Part shown: positions 10,443-20,715 of the stretch, one piece after another
How the letters are laid out: each line of letters begins with the position of its first letter
How positions within the stretch are numbered: position 1 is the stretch's first letter
From: Cuniculiplasma divulgatum
GTDB lineage: Archaea > Thermoplasmatota > Thermoplasmata > Thermoplasmatales > Thermoplasmataceae
NCBI RefSeq assembly: GCF_900083515.1
Contig: NZ_LT671858.1
Coordinates: 30,001 to 62,000, forward strand
DNA length: 32,000 nt
Reading direction: 5' to 3'
The notes under the pieces: generated by a model
The model's database searches: none
The model's input: only the letters and a program-made list of their open reading frames with translations
Told to the model about the DNA's origin: nothing
Program-made: the position numbers and the translations under genes

Positions 10443-11117
10443 ATGCGGTACAGAGTCAACAAGGATAACATGACTGGTAGCAATATAACAGCACAGAAAG
10501 TATGGTTCACAGAACTGGAAGATCTAATTAATTCCAAATTCAGGGACGAGGTGAATGAAAGAGTTAAGGAATTCGAATCATTCAGAAAGAAGGATGGACC
10601 AGAGATTTTTTTTGAGCTATGCTACTGCTTCCTGACAGCCAATACTTCTGCAGAATTAGGCATAAAGATGCAGAGAGAGCTGGGAGTACAGCCATTCATA
10701 GAGGATAGTACAGAAGTTTTAACTGCTAAATTAAAAAATGCGCATTATAGATTCTACAATACGAGGGGTAAATTTATTTCGGAGAACAGATGGATAATAC
10801 CTGAACTACCTGTACTGTTGAATCATCCCGATCCATGGGTCGCAAGAGAGTTCATTGTGGAAAATGTTAAGGGAATAGGGTATAAGGAATCATCTCATTT
10901 TCTAAGGAACACTGGTGTTTTTGACTTTGCAATACTTGATAAACACATCATAAGAATGCTGGACGGGGAATTTGCAAGATCAGGTAAGGCCCTGAATAGA
11001 AAGCTTTACATGAAGTATGAACAACAGGTGATCCAGATTTCAGAACAGCTTGGGCTGAAGCCAGGTGTACTGGACCTTTACATGTGGAAGATGGCAACTG
11101 GAAAGTTAATAAAATAA
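10443..11117 (+). CDS. ogg: archaeal 8-oxoguanine DNA glycosylase / N-glycosylase-DNA lyase (Ogg2-type, HhH-GPD)
   Basis: 224 aa. FELCYCFLTANTSAE and KGIGYKESSHFLRNTG...AILDKHI (HhH with catalytic Lys and Asp) resemble the Methanocaldococcus/Sulfolobus Ogg family. Confidence 0.8.
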   Translation: MRYRVNKDNMTGSNITAQKVWFTELEDLINSKFRDEVNERVKEFESFRKKDGPEIFFELCYCFLTANTSAELGIKMQRELGVQPFIEDSTEVLTAKLKNAHYRFYNTRGKFISENRWIIPELPVLLNHPDPWVAREFIVENVKGIGYKESSHFLRNTGVFDFAILDKHIIRMLDGEFARSGKALNRKLYMKYEQQVIQISEQLGLKPGVLDLYMWKMATGKLIK

Positions 11118-11184
11118 TCTAATTAGATTGAATGTAACAATCAAAAAACACAAAAAAATATCTAATTTGGTGCAATTGTAAAGC

Positions 11185-11463
11185 ATGGGAAAACTGAGAA
11201 ATAAATTTATCAAATATATTATCAATGGAACACCGCTTGCTTCTGTAGTAGCTCTTGCCGGAAGTTTGTATATTCGTATTTCCACCTCTACATTAAAAGG
11301 ATCCATTTCACCCTATACTGCAAACAGGATCATTTCACCGTATACGTCAACTTCTGGTCCATATGGCCTTAGCTCATCTTATATTTATATAATAGTGGGT
11401 GATATAATTATACTACTTTTTATTGCGCTTGCAGTTGGTATGTTAAAGAAAAGGGGGCAGTAA
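11185..11463 (+). CDS. small hypothetical membrane-anchored protein
   Basis: 92 aa. It has an N-terminal hydrophobic segment, an internal ISPYT/ISPYT repeat, and a C-terminal TM helix followed by KKRGQ. No homolog recognised, so coding status is uncertain. Confidence 0.35.
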   Translation: MGKLRNKFIKYIINGTPLASVVALAGSLYIRISTSTLKGSISPYTANRIISPYTSTSGPYGLSSSYIYIIVGDIIILLFIALAVGMLKKRGQ

Positions 11464-11641
11464 ATTTATATATAGATCAAAGGAAAATGATCATTTTTTA
11501 ATTCATTTGTTATATTTTATTGTAAGTTAGTGAGATAGTGCGAAAATTATTAGTAATTTCCACAAATATAATAAGCTGAATTTAAAAGTGTTTTCCAATT
11601 AAATTTAAATAAAACATCTTTATAAGCGTTTGAGGATTTTC

Positions 11642-11941
11642 ATGATTTATAGCGTTGGAACGTTTGCATGGAGTGCTGTGGTAACAGCAATGGCGACAAC
11701 CAGTTCGTCTAACTATGTGGTTAGTACTTATGCACTGGAAGCTATTGCGGCTGCCATAGCCATTGCAGGCGGATTGATTGGAACTGGAATGGCCCAGCAG
11801 GGAATAGGTGCATCGGGTATGGGCATCATAGCCGAGAAGCCGGAGAAGTTTGGACAGGTACTGATATTTTTCGTCATTCCAGAAACCCTGTGGATTATAG
11901 GTTTGGTTCTTGGATACGTGCTTTTGAAAGCCATACTGTGA
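11642..11941 (+). CDS. atpK: A-type ATP synthase proteolipid subunit K (c)
   Basis: Gly/Ala-rich helix AIAIAGGLIGTGMAQQGIGASGMG and a second helix with the carboxylate in FFVIPETLWI. The track ORF starts at TTG 11630. I prefer ATG 11642 because GAGG lies just upstream and AT-rich TATA-like boxes lie at 11603-11625. Confidence 0.85.
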   Translation: MIYSVGTFAWSAVVTAMATTSSSNYVVSTYALEAIAAAIAIAGGLIGTGMAQQGIGASGMGIIAEKPEKFGQVLIFFVIPETLWIIGLVLGYVLLKAIL

Positions 11942-11948
11942 TATCAAA

Positions 11949-12518
11949 ATGTCAGCAGAGGATATAATAGAAGAGATAGAAAAAAAGGGTAAGGAGCAAA
12001 TCAATAGAATATCCGCTGACTGTGAAAAGAGCCTTAAGGAAATAAGGGACAGAAGTCAGGAAAGACTGAAAGAACTTGAAAAGAACATGTCACGAAAACT
12101 CGAGGAGAGCCTGAAGAAAATTGAAGTGACATCAAAAGACGAGATACTGATTGCAATTAAAACCATAGAGATGGAAAGGAAGAGAAAACTTCTTGAGGAT
12201 TTCTGGGAAATTGCATATAATTCTGAGTCTATCATTAGGAAGGACCCAAAATATGAAGAGTTTATCAGGAATTCCATAAAGGAAGCAGGTTCTAAGCTTG
12301 GAAAGGGCTTCAAAGTTCTAGGTTCCAGTGAAGATAAGAACATTATAAGCAAGGTTAATGGAGATTTTACCTTTGAGCAATCAGAAAGGATAAGGCTTGG
12401 GATACTCGTCACATCATCAGATGGAAAGAGGACCCTTAATATGACTTTTGATTCCATTATGAGCGATCAGAAAGAAAAGATCGAGGAGATGATAATGGAA
12501 AAGATGGGTGCGGATTAA
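11949..12518 (+). CDS. atpE: A-type ATP synthase subunit E
   Basis: 189 aa. It has a charged coiled-coil N-terminus (MSAEDIIEEIEKKGKEQINRI...) and a globular C-terminus. It sits between K and C. Confidence 0.85.
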   Translation: MSAEDIIEEIEKKGKEQINRISADCEKSLKEIRDRSQERLKELEKNMSRKLEESLKKIEVTSKDEILIAIKTIEMERKRKLLEDFWEIAYNSESIIRKDPKYEEFIRNSIKEAGSKLGKGFKVLGSSEDKNIISKVNGDFTFEQSERIRLGILVTSSDGKRTLNMTFDSIMSDQKEKIEEMIMEKMGAD

Positions 12519-13576
12519 TGGATGCAACTTTTTTCGGGAGTGCGTCCAAGTGCCGATTACTCAATGATGAGCTTCTAAAGGAAGAAACCTTCAGCGAACT
12601 CATAAATGCAGAGAGTTTTTCAGATGTTTTAAGAATAATGGACGGAACCCCGTACAGCACCCATATTCAGGCTCTATCAGGATTATACAGTTCCTATGAA
12701 CTTCTTGAGATTGCATCCAACAGAAGGATGATGAATCTTGTACTGAAAGTTGCAGAATCTCCTCCAGCAAATGGAAGGGAAGCAATTAAGAGTTACATAT
12801 CACGATGGGATATAGATAGCATAAAAAACATCATTACTTCAAAGTATCTTGGGAAAGATATAAAGAAGAGTGATATCTTTGTTGTTGACAGAAACAACTA
12901 CCCTGTGGGTATGCTTGGAAACGTGCTTACACCAGAAGATTATACATTAATGATAAATGAAAACGACATAGAGGGAATTTCTAAATATCTTGTGAAGCTA
13001 AGTTACGGAATATACCTATTAAAATATCTCGATGAGTACAGGAAGGAGAGAGATGTATCAGTGCTTCTGTATTCACTGGATATTGCATATTACTCAAGGC
13101 TTTTCGAAAGTGTTAAATATTTTCTTGGGAATGAGGAACCAGCGAGATTTTTTATAAGGGATGAGGTCGATCAAAAGAATCTTATGACACTGATAAAGGC
13201 AAAGACCCTGGGACTGGATTTTGAGGCCATAGATAATGGTCTAATGAACATGGGTAATATTGACATACAGAAGCTGAGAGAGATGTACAATTCAAGTGAA
13301 TCAGAAAATATAGCAATAAAGTGTTTGAACCTTTACGGAGTAAAAGGAATAGAAAATGAAAATGGAATTTCATCAGGAGAAGCAGAAACTCTCATGAAGA
13401 GGACTCTTCTGGAGAGGACCCTTCCGAGATTTTCCCTTCAATCGAATTCCATAGGTTCCATATTTAATACGCTTCTAAGGTTTGAGAATGAGAGAAATAA
13501 TCTGAGGATAATATTTGCTGGAAAGGCATATGGAATGGATAAGGAAAGAATAAGGAAGATGATGGTAAATATATGA
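12518..13576 (+). CDS. atpC: A-type ATP synthase subunit C (V-ATPase d homolog)
   Basis: 352 aa, all-helical, with the size and position expected of AtpC. There is a 1-nt TAATG overlap with atpE. Confidence 0.85.
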   Translation: MDATFFGSASKCRLLNDELLKEETFSELINAESFSDVLRIMDGTPYSTHIQALSGLYSSYELLEIASNRRMMNLVLKVAESPPANGREAIKSYISRWDIDSIKNIITSKYLGKDIKKSDIFVVDRNNYPVGMLGNVLTPEDYTLMINENDIEGISKYLVKLSYGIYLLKYLDEYRKERDVSVLLYSLDIAYYSRLFESVKYFLGNEEPARFFIRDEVDQKNLMTLIKAKTLGLDFEAIDNGLMNMGNIDIQKLREMYNSSESENIAIKCLNLYGVKGIENENGISSGEAETLMKRTLLERTLPRFSLQSNSIGSIFNTLLRFENERNNLRIIFAGKAYGMDKERIRKMMVNI

Positions 13577-13902
13577 TCAATCAAAAGCAGGATGAAGGTA
13601 GAATTGCGGTAATTGGGGAAAGATCAATCTCAATGGGGTTCAGGCTCATAGGAATAGAAGATACTTTTGAGGCTGAGGGCAAGGAGGCACTTGAAAAACT
13701 TCAGTCAATTGAAAAGTCAGGGAAGTACTCCGTGATCTTTGTATCAGAAAGCCTGAAGTCAGTTATGGATAAAAGACTGCTTAATTATTATGAGAGCACA
13801 CTTAAGCCTCTCGTTATGTTCATCCCCCTGCCAGGTGTGGACAGAGAAGAAAGTTTAGAAACAATGGCCAAAAGAATATTGGGCGTAGATATAGGAAGGT
13901 GA
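13573..13902 (+). CDS. atpF: A-type ATP synthase subunit F
   Basis: 109 aa. IAVIGERSISMGFRLIGIED is typical of the AtpF N-terminus. The gene overlaps the atpC stop. Confidence 0.85.
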   Translation: MINQKQDEGRIAVIGERSISMGFRLIGIEDTFEAEGKEALEKLQSIEKSGKYSVIFVSESLKSVMDKRLLNYYESTLKPLVMFIPLPGVDREESLETMAKRILGVDIGR

Positions 13903-13906
13903 AAAA

Positions 13907-15661
13907 TTGGGAAAGATAATCAGAGTTTCCGGTCCAGTAGTGGTCGCGGAAGATATTGAAAACCAAAAAATGTTTGATGTGGTTAGAGTAGGTGAACTCA
14001 ACCTCGTGGGAGAAATCATAAAGCTGAACGGTAACAGGGCAACAATACAGGTATACGAGGATACAAGTGGGATAAAGCCGGGAGAAAAGGTCGAGACAAC
14101 CGGAAAGCCTCTTTCAGTTGAACTGGGACCTGGATTACTTAAATCCATTTACGATGGTATCCAGAGACCTCTGGACATCATACGGGAAAGCAGTGGAGAT
14201 TTCATAAGGAGAGGTTATACAGCAAATCCCATAGATCTGAAGGCGAAATGGGAATTCAAGCCTCTGGTGAAAAAGGGTGATGATATAAAACCTGGACAGA
14301 TACTGGGAACAGTTCAGGAAACATCTCTTATAGAACATAAAATAATGGCTCCAAGGGACATAGAAGGTCAGATTAGTGAGATCCTTGAGGGCAGCATGAC
14401 CGTTACAGACGTCTATGCTCATGTTAAAACAAAGAATGGAGATAAAAAATTAACCATGAGGCAGGAGTGGCCTGTAAGGACTATCAGGGGTGTAAAATCA
14501 AAATTACCACCTTCCATACCACTTGTAACAGGTCAGAGGGTAATTGATACATTTTTCCCTGTAGCAAAGGGTGGAACAGTTGCAGTTCCAGGTCCATTTG
14601 GATCTGGAAAGACCGTGGTTCAGCACCAGCTGTCCAAGTGGGCAGACAGCGATATAGTTGTTTATGTGGGATGCGGTGAAAGGGGAAATGAAATGACCGA
14701 AATTCTCACAACATTCCCTGAACTGCAGGACCCAAAGAGTGGAAAGCCCCTCATGGAGAGAACAATATTAATAGCAAACACCTCAAACATGCCTGTTGCA
14801 GCAAGAGAAGCCAGTATTTATACTGGAATATCCATAGCAGAATATTACAGGGATATGGGATATGGAATTGCTCTAATGGCTGATAGCACATCAAGATGGG
14901 CAGAGGCCTTAAGGGAAATATCTGGTAGACTTGAGGAAATGCCAGGAGAGGAAGGATATCCAGCATATCTGGGAAGGAGGCTTTCTGAGTTCTATGAAAG
15001 ATCGGGAAATGCCATAATCTCTGGAAATCCAGACAGAAATGGTTCAATAACCATAGTGGGTGCAGTCTCACCACCTGGTGGAGATATATCAGAGCCTGTT
15101 TCACAGAACACCCTGAGAGTTACAAGAGTTTTCTGGGCACTTGATGCATCTCTCGCCTCGAGGAGGCACTTTCCATCAATAAACTGGCTGAACAGTTATT
15201 CGCTATATGAAAGTGAACTTCTGCCATGGTTCAGTGAGAATATATCCAAGGATTGGCCAACAATTTACAGTAAGATGATGAATATACTTCAGAAGGAATC
15301 TGAATTGCAGGAGGTTGTCCAGCTGGTTGGATATGATGCCTTACCAGACAGGGAAAAATCAGTTCTGGATGTTGCCAAGATAATAAGGGAAGATTACCTG
15401 CAGCAAAGTGCCTTTGACGATGTGGATCAGTTTTGCTCACTTAATAAGCAGATCGTGATGATGAAACTGATCATGCACTATTCCAATGAGATAGAGAAGA
15501 CAATTGATCAGGGATTCTCAATGTCTCAGATAGAGAATATACCTTCGAAGGAGAAAATTTCAAGGATAAAAGAGGTAAGAGATCCGGATCTGGAGAAGTA
15601 TTTCAATGAAACAGTGACCAGCATAGATTCAGATCTAAAAAGAATCAGGGGTGAAAAGTAA
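13907..15661 (+). CDS. atpA: A-type ATP synthase catalytic subunit A
   Basis: 584 aa with a TTG start. It has the Walker [12 protein letters not shown], a GERGNEM block and [26 protein letters not shown]. The length is consistent with no intein. Confidence 0.97.
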   Translation: MGKIIRVSGPVVVAEDIENQKMFDVVRVGELNLVGEIIKLNGNRATIQVYEDTSGIKPGEKVETTGKPLSVELGPGLLKSIYDGIQRPLDIIRESSGDFIRRGYTANPIDLKAKWEFKPLVKKGDDIKPGQILGTVQETSLIEHKIMAPRDIEGQISEILEGSMTVTDVYAHVKTKNGDKKLTMRQEWPVRTIRGVKSKLPPSIPLVTGQRVIDTFFPVAKGGTVAVPGPFGSGKTVVQHQLSKWADSDIVVYVGCGERGNEMTEILTTFPELQDPKSGKPLMERTILIANTSNMPVAAREASIYTGISIAEYYRDMGYGIALMADSTSRWAEALREISGRLEEMPGEEGYPAYLGRRLSEFYERSGNAIISGNPDRNGSITIVGAVSPPGGDISEPVSQNTLRVTRVFWALDASLASRRHFPSINWLNSYSLYESELLPWFSENISKDWPTIYSKMMNILQKESELQEVVQLVGYDALPDREKSVLDVAKIIREDYLQQSAFDDVDQFCSLNKQIVMMKLIMHYSNEIEKTIDQGFSMSQIENIPSKEKISRIKEVRDPDLEKYFNETVTSIDSDLKRIRGEK

Positions 15662-17037
15662 TGGTTAAGGTTGGATACAAGAATATAAGCGAGATAAGTG
15701 GTCCACTGATCTTTGTGGAAGGGATCTCAGACGCAGGCTATAATGAAATGGTCACCATAGAGACACCCAGTGGGGAGATAAAATCAGGTCAGGTTCTCGA
15801 CACAAGAAATGGGCTTGCCATAGTACAGGTTTTCGGCTCAACATCTGGTCTGGACAGCAATAATACAACTGTAAGATTCAGGGGTGAAACTGCCAGGATC
15901 AAGGTATCTGATGAGGTTCTTGGAAGGATTTTTAATGGTCTTGGTGAACCAATAGACAACGGACCACAGCTTCTGTCCAAAGAAAGTGTTGAGATAGTTG
16001 GAGATGCAATAAATCCATATTCAAGAGAGGAGCCATCAGAATTCATTCAGACTGGAATATCCACAATAGATGGAATGAACACGCTTGTAAGGGGACAAAA
16101 ACTTCCCATATTCTCAGGTTCCGGTCTCCCACATAATGTGCTTGCATCGCAAATTGCAAGGCAGGCAAAAACCCTGAAGACTGGGGAAAGCTTTGCCGTG
16201 GTGTTTGGGGCCATGGGTATTACAAGCGAAGAGGCAAATTTTTTCATGAACGAATTCAGGAAGACAGGAGCTCTTTCCAGGGCTGCAATATTCATGAATT
16301 TATCATCCGATCCATCCATGGAAAGGATAATTCTTCCCAGGGTTGCCCTTACAACTGCAGAGTACCTTGCGTATGAGAGAGAATACCATGTTCTTGTTAT
16401 ACTTACGGATATGACAAATTACTGTGAATCCTTAAGAGAAATATCATCAGCAAGAGAGGAGGTTCCAGGGAGAAGGGGATACCCAGGATACATGTACACA
16501 GATCTTAGTACTATTTATGAAAGAGCAGGAAAGATAAGGGGAAGAAATGGATCAATAACACAGCTACCCATACTTACAATGCCAGGTGACGATATAACAA
16601 ATCCAATACCCGATCTTACAGGATATATAACAGAGGGCCAGATCGTAATGAGCAGGGAACTCCAGAGAAAGGGCGTTTATCCTCCAGTGGATGTTTTACC
16701 CTCACTTTCAAGGCTGATGAATCAGGGAATTGGAAAGGGAAGAACAAGAGAGGATCACCGTGGTGTTGCAGATCAGCTATATTCAGCCTATGCAACTGGA
16801 AAAGATCTCAGATCACTGAGTGCAATAGTAGGAGAGGAATCTTTGAGTTCAAGCGATAAGAGCTACCTAAAGTTTGCAGATAATTTCGAAAACAAATACG
16901 TAGCCCAGAAGCTGGACGAGGATAGGACAATAGAGGATACACTGGAAATAAGTTATGATCTTCTATCTGAACTGCCTGAGACAGAAATGAAGAGGTTGAA
17001 AAAGGACTTCATACAGAAATACGGAAAATGGAAGTGA
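15661..17037 (+). CDS. atpB: A-type ATP synthase subunit B
   Basis: 458 aa. Conserved blocks include [27 protein letters not shown] and [16 protein letters not shown]. The ATG overlaps the atpA stop (TAATG). Confidence 0.97.
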   Translation: MVKVGYKNISEISGPLIFVEGISDAGYNEMVTIETPSGEIKSGQVLDTRNGLAIVQVFGSTSGLDSNNTTVRFRGETARIKVSDEVLGRIFNGLGEPIDNGPQLLSKESVEIVGDAINPYSREEPSEFIQTGISTIDGMNTLVRGQKLPIFSGSGLPHNVLASQIARQAKTLKTGESFAVVFGAMGITSEEANFFMNEFRKTGALSRAAIFMNLSSDPSMERIILPRVALTTAEYLAYEREYHVLVILTDMTNYCESLREISSAREEVPGRRGYPGYMYTDLSTIYERAGKIRGRNGSITQLPILTMPGDDITNPIPDLTGYITEGQIVMSRELQRKGVYPPVDVLPSLSRLMNQGIGKGRTREDHRGVADQLYSAYATGKDLRSLSAIVGEESLSSSDKSYLKFADNFENKYVAQKLDEDRTIEDTLEISYDLLSELPETEMKRLKKDFIQKYGKWK

Positions 17038-17041
17038 GAAA

Positions 17042-17707
17042 TTGGCAGACCTTAACATAAAACCGACCAGAATTGAGCTCATCCAGCTAAGGAAGAGAAT
17101 TAAGCTGGCACAGAGGGGATATGAGCTGCTTAAGATGAAAAGATCAGCACTCATAATGGAATTCCTGAAGATGGCAAAGGACCTAAGGGGCATGAGGGAG
17201 AACTTAAGAAAAGAAGTTGAGAATGCACTGGAAAAAATGGCCATTGCAGAGGTCAGAGAAGGAAGGATGAAGGTCGAGAGTTATGGTTTCATGTCAGGGT
17301 CTGCTGATGTAACCTTAAAGGCGAGAAATGTAATGGGCGTGAGGATACCTGAACTGGGCATAATGATGGAAAAGGCCGTTCTTACAGAACGATTTAGGGC
17401 CATTTCTGTTCCTGCACCCATAGACGATGCCATAGATGCATATGATCGTCTGTTCCGAAGTCTTGTGGAAGTTGTGGAGAAGGAGAAATCCATGAGAAGG
17501 CTTCTTATGGAAATTGACAAGACCAAGAGAAGGTCAAATGCCATTGAATTCGTTATGATACCAAAGTTAAAGAGCCAGTCACAATATATAAGAATGAGAC
17601 TTGACGAACTTGAGAGAGACACGTTTACAACTCTTAAATTTGTCAAGAAGAAGATGATATCAGAGGAGGAGGACAAAAATAAGGAGGGGGAATTACAGGC
17701 AGTATAG
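17042..17707 (+). CDS. atpD: A-type ATP synthase central stalk subunit D
   Basis: 221 aa with a TTG start. KPTRIELIQLRKRIKLAQRGYELLKMKRSAL is the classic AtpD/V-D N-terminal helix. Confidence 0.93.
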   Translation: MADLNIKPTRIELIQLRKRIKLAQRGYELLKMKRSALIMEFLKMAKDLRGMRENLRKEVENALEKMAIAEVREGRMKVESYGFMSGSADVTLKARNVMGVRIPELGIMMEKAVLTERFRAISVPAPIDDAIDAYDRLFRSLVEVVEKEKSMRRLLMEIDKTKRRSNAIEFVMIPKLKSQSQYIRMRLDELERDTFTTLKFVKKKMISEEEDKNKEGELQAV

Positions 17708-17717
17708 TATTAATGAA

Positions 17718-17819
17718 ATGAACAGACAGCAGTTGATCCTGTTCACCCTTAGGAAATACATGTTTCCCATAAGGATCATAATAATTGTTGTCGTACTTTT
17801 TACACTGGTGAGATTATGA
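17718..17819 (+). CDS. possible 33-aa hydrophobic micro-ORF inside the ATPase operon
   Basis: My own translation: MNRQQLILFTLRKYMFPIRIIIIVVVLFTLVRL. Its TGA (17817-17819) overlaps the atpH ATG (17816-17818) as ATGA. It is below the track cutoff and may equally be non-coding spacer. Confidence 0.2.
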   Translation: MNRQQLILFTLRKYMFPIRIIIIVVVLFTLVRL

Positions 17820-18142
17820 ATGCAGATGGAATTGATAAGATCAAAAAGATAAGGGAAACAGAGGAATCTGTTAACAGATCAATAGAGGAAGAAAAGCAGA
17901 AATGCAGGGAAATGACAGAGTCTGAAAAGGCAAAGACAGAGAAGGAATATAAGGATCTTGAGGACAGCCTCCAGATAAAGTATGAACTTGCACTGAAGGA
18001 AAAGAAGGCCGAATTTGATAAGCTGATGCAGGAAAAAGTCAGGGAAGAGAACGAAAAGGTGGCTGGAATCAAGCTGAACATTGACAGTAAAAGTACTGTA
18101 GATTTGTTACTTGGCATTATGAAGGATTATGTGAGTGACTAA
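17816..18142 (+). CDS. atpH: A-type ATP synthase peripheral-stalk subunit H (V-ATPase G-like)
   Basis: 108 aa, highly charged coiled coil (IDKIKKIRETEESVNRSIEEEKQK...), immediately upstream of atpI. The call rests on size, composition and context. Confidence 0.6.
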   Translation: MNADGIDKIKKIRETEESVNRSIEEEKQKCREMTESEKAKTEKEYKDLEDSLQIKYELALKEKKAEFDKLMQEKVREENEKVAGIKLNIDSKSTVDLLLGIMKDYVSD

Positions 18143-18144
18143 AG

Positions 18145-20073
18145 ATGGGTTTTAAGCCGGTGCCAATGGCAAGGATGAGGATAATTGCCTACAGGGAGAA
18201 GGCCGCAGGTCTACTTACACTTCTACATGATATGAAATCCATTCAGTTTGAGGACGTTACGGATTCCTACAAGGAGGGAATGAAATCCTCGACAGAGATA
18301 GAGGGAAGAGGAAGGGTAATAGAACTGATGAATGAGATCAGGGGAATGGAAAATCTCCTGCCTCCAAGGAAAATAACTGGAAAGAGAAAATTTTCAAGCG
18401 TGCAGGAAATAATCTCCGCAGCTGAATCAATAAGGATCGGTGAAGATCTGAGAACTGCTGTCAATTCCATAAATGACCTGAAAACGGAGCTGAAGAGCAT
18501 AGATAACAGACTTGAAATTGTGGAACCTCTTGAATCACTTGATGTGGATATGTCCTGTTTTAACAATTCTGTGATCTCATCCTATCTAATCCAGGGAGAA
18601 TACGAGGGAAAGATAGGGGAAAATTACATTGTAAACAGGGTTAACGGAAACACGGTGCTTTCAATGCCCAAGAGTGGAGAAAAGGAGTTCGCCCAGAGCA
18701 TTGGTTCTCAGTCTGGAAAGGCAATTTATATAATGCAGATGCGTGGAAAGCCCAGGGAGATCAGGGATGATCTTCTGAATCTCAAGAAGAACATAAACGA
18801 GAAGATAAGCGAATTGGAAACAGGTATAGGTGAGCTATCCGATAAGCATTATTCAGAAATAGTTTCTGTCAGGGAGGCCCTGGAAATAGAGGCAAAGAAG
18901 ATAGAAGCAGCAATGAAGATGCCATCTTCCCAGAGTATATTCGTTATGGAGGGCTGGGTTCCAGAACCCAAATTCCAGAAGATATCAGATGCCGTTGAAA
19001 GGAAAGCTGATCATCTCTGCATCATAGAAAGGGTAAAAACAGATGAAATAGGTCCAACACTACAGGATAATCCAAGGAGATTCAGGCTGTTTGAGTCATT
19101 CATACGTTTCTATTCACTACCTCAGGATATTGAGATAGATCCCACCATAATATTTGCCATAGTTTTCCCCATATTCTTCGGTATAATGGTAGGTGATTGG
19201 GGATTTGGAATAGTAATACTTCTACTATCGCTCTGGCTTATAAAAAGAATCAATTCAACTGGACCCAAGAAGCCACTTCCAAAAAAGATGACTGGATTCA
19301 TCACGTCCATATTCTCACCCTATCAGCTTCAGATACTGGCAAAGGCAATGCTTCCGGGTTCAATTGTGGCCATAATTGTAGGGATTCTATTCAACGGCTT
19401 CTTCGGCTTCGCCATACTGCCCACAACCATAGGGCCATTCCACATAACATATTTTAATCCAATTGTGTATACATCAAAAATACTGCTGATGACAGGCTAT
19501 TTCGGTGTTGTAATGGTGTCATTCGGTTTCATCCTGGGTATACTGAATGACTATTATTACAATCACAAAAAGATGATCATCGGGAAGGTAGGGTGGCTCC
19601 TTTTCGTCTGGGGAATAGTAATTTACGGATTATCACTAATATATAAGTTAAATCTCAGCCTTACCACAAACCCATTTGCTGATATTGACATAGCATCAAT
19701 GATACTTGGAGTAGTAATGATAATAGGCACGGAGAAGGGAATAGGTCTCATAGAATTGCCGTCGGTTATAAGCCACGTTCTATCATATCTGAGAATTATG
19801 GGAATCCTCCTTGCATCGGTAATTCTAACCAAGCTTGTGAACACATTCTTCATTTCAACACTGCATGATCCGGTTCTCATAATATTCGGTGTTATCCTTC
19901 TGATCATTGGGCAGCTGTTTGCTTTGCTGCTGGCTATTGTGGAATCTGGTATCCAGGGTGTAAGGTTGCTGTATGTTGAATTCTTCTCAAAATTCTACAG
20001 GGGAAATGGTAAACCATTCACACCCTTTGGATCAAAGAGAAGATATACTGAAGAAGTGAACGAAATAGAATAG
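18145..20073 (+). CDS. atpI: A-type ATP synthase membrane subunit I (V-ATPase a homolog)
   Basis: 642 aa. It has a soluble N-terminal half (PMARMRIIAYREKAAGLLTLLHDMKSIQFEDV) and a polytopic C-terminal half with the conserved Arg context SHVLSYLRIMGILLAS. Confidence 0.9.
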   Translation: MGFKPVPMARMRIIAYREKAAGLLTLLHDMKSIQFEDVTDSYKEGMKSSTEIEGRGRVIELMNEIRGMENLLPPRKITGKRKFSSVQEIISAAESIRIGEDLRTAVNSINDLKTELKSIDNRLEIVEPLESLDVDMSCFNNSVISSYLIQGEYEGKIGENYIVNRVNGNTVLSMPKSGEKEFAQSIGSQSGKAIYIMQMRGKPREIRDDLLNLKKNINEKISELETGIGELSDKHYSEIVSVREALEIEAKKIEAAMKMPSSQSIFVMEGWVPEPKFQKISDAVERKADHLCIIERVKTDEIGPTLQDNPRRFRLFESFIRFYSLPQDIEIDPTIIFAIVFPIFFGIMVGDWGFGIVILLLSLWLIKRINSTGPKKPLPKKMTGFITSIFSPYQLQILAKAMLPGSIVAIIVGILFNGFFGFAILPTTIGPFHITYFNPIVYTSKILLMTGYFGVVMVSFGFILGILNDYYYNHKKMIIGKVGWLLFVWGIVIYGLSLIYKLNLSLTTNPFADIDIASMILGVVMIIGTEKGIGLIELPSVISHVLSYLRIMGILLASVILTKLVNTFFISTLHDPVLIIFGVILLIIGQLFALLLAIVESGIQGVRLLYVEFFSKFYRGNGKPFTPFGSKRRYTEEVNEIE

Positions 20074-20076
20074 TGT

Positions 20077-20715
20077 TCAGGCATCCTCATCAATGGGGAT
20101 TCTTACAAAATTCACAAGGAATCTCGGGTCAATACCCTTCCTTATGTGATAACCACCATTCTTTCTTACTTTCCTTACCTTAATTCCTGATTTTTTTGAA
20201 AAACCTGCGATCTGTGTATGTATGCTCCTCATGATTTTATTATTCACCGGATCTTCACTGGTGAATCCTATTCTGAGGGAAACGCCTGCCTTTCCACCTC
20301 TGTGGTGATAAATTGCCACGTCAAGATACACGTCATTCTCAGCAACATTATGTATAAATGCTATATTCTGAAGGAGTGACGGAACCATTATTGGACCGTC
20401 AGCTCTGTAGCTGGTTACCCTGTACAGGTTGAATGCCTTTACTTCTTCCACACTCTCTTTTTCCTCCTCATATTTCAGGGGGTAGAGCCTAGAGAAGAAG
20501 CTCTTCATGAACCTGAGAGACAGGAGATCATCACTGCCTAAATAGAAATCAGTTATCTCTCCAGTTGCCTTTATACGAAACCTGTTTGTACATCCCTTCT
20601 GCGGTATGAGCATTTCACACATCTGCCTGTAAATGAAAACATCTGTTTCAGGCTTCAGATCTGTGAAAATTATCTTTTCCCACTTAAATCTATCAGGACT
20701 TTTCCCTTCCTTCAT
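20077..20715 (-). CDS. hypothetical protein (no recognisable domain)
   Basis: The track ORF is 20077..20799. The first 28 codons lie inside the upstream aminotransferase gene, so I prefer Met29 (MKEGKSPDRF) at 20715. The gene is co-directional with and overlaps the aminotransferase stop. Its stop lies 3 nt from the atpI stop (convergent). Confidence 0.55.
   Translation of the reverse strand: MKEGKSPDRFKWEKIIFTDLKPETDVFIYRQMCEMLIPQKGCTNRFRIKATGEITDFYLGSDDLLSLRFMKSFFSRLYPLKYEEEKESVEEVKAFNLYRVTSYRADGPIMVPSLLQNIAFIHNVAENDVYLDVAIYHHRGGKAGVSLRIGFTSEDPVNNKIMRSIHTQIAGFSKKSGIKVRKVRKNGGYHIRKGIDPRFLVNFVRIPIDEDA

Noticed and set aside
11630-11641. TTG start of the track ORF for atpK.
   Set aside because: The ATG at 11642 is preceded by GAGG and is better placed relative to the AT-rich promoter boxes. 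The extra four codons add nothing conserved. The effect on the call is minor.
13907-15661. Looked for inteins in atpA (and in polC at 2032-5298), since some Thermoplasmata atpA genes carry a VMA intein.
   Set aside because: atpA is 584 aa with an uninterrupted [12 protein letters not shown]-loop, and polC is 1088 aa. Both are normal intein-free lengths, and no HNG/endonuclease blocks were seen.
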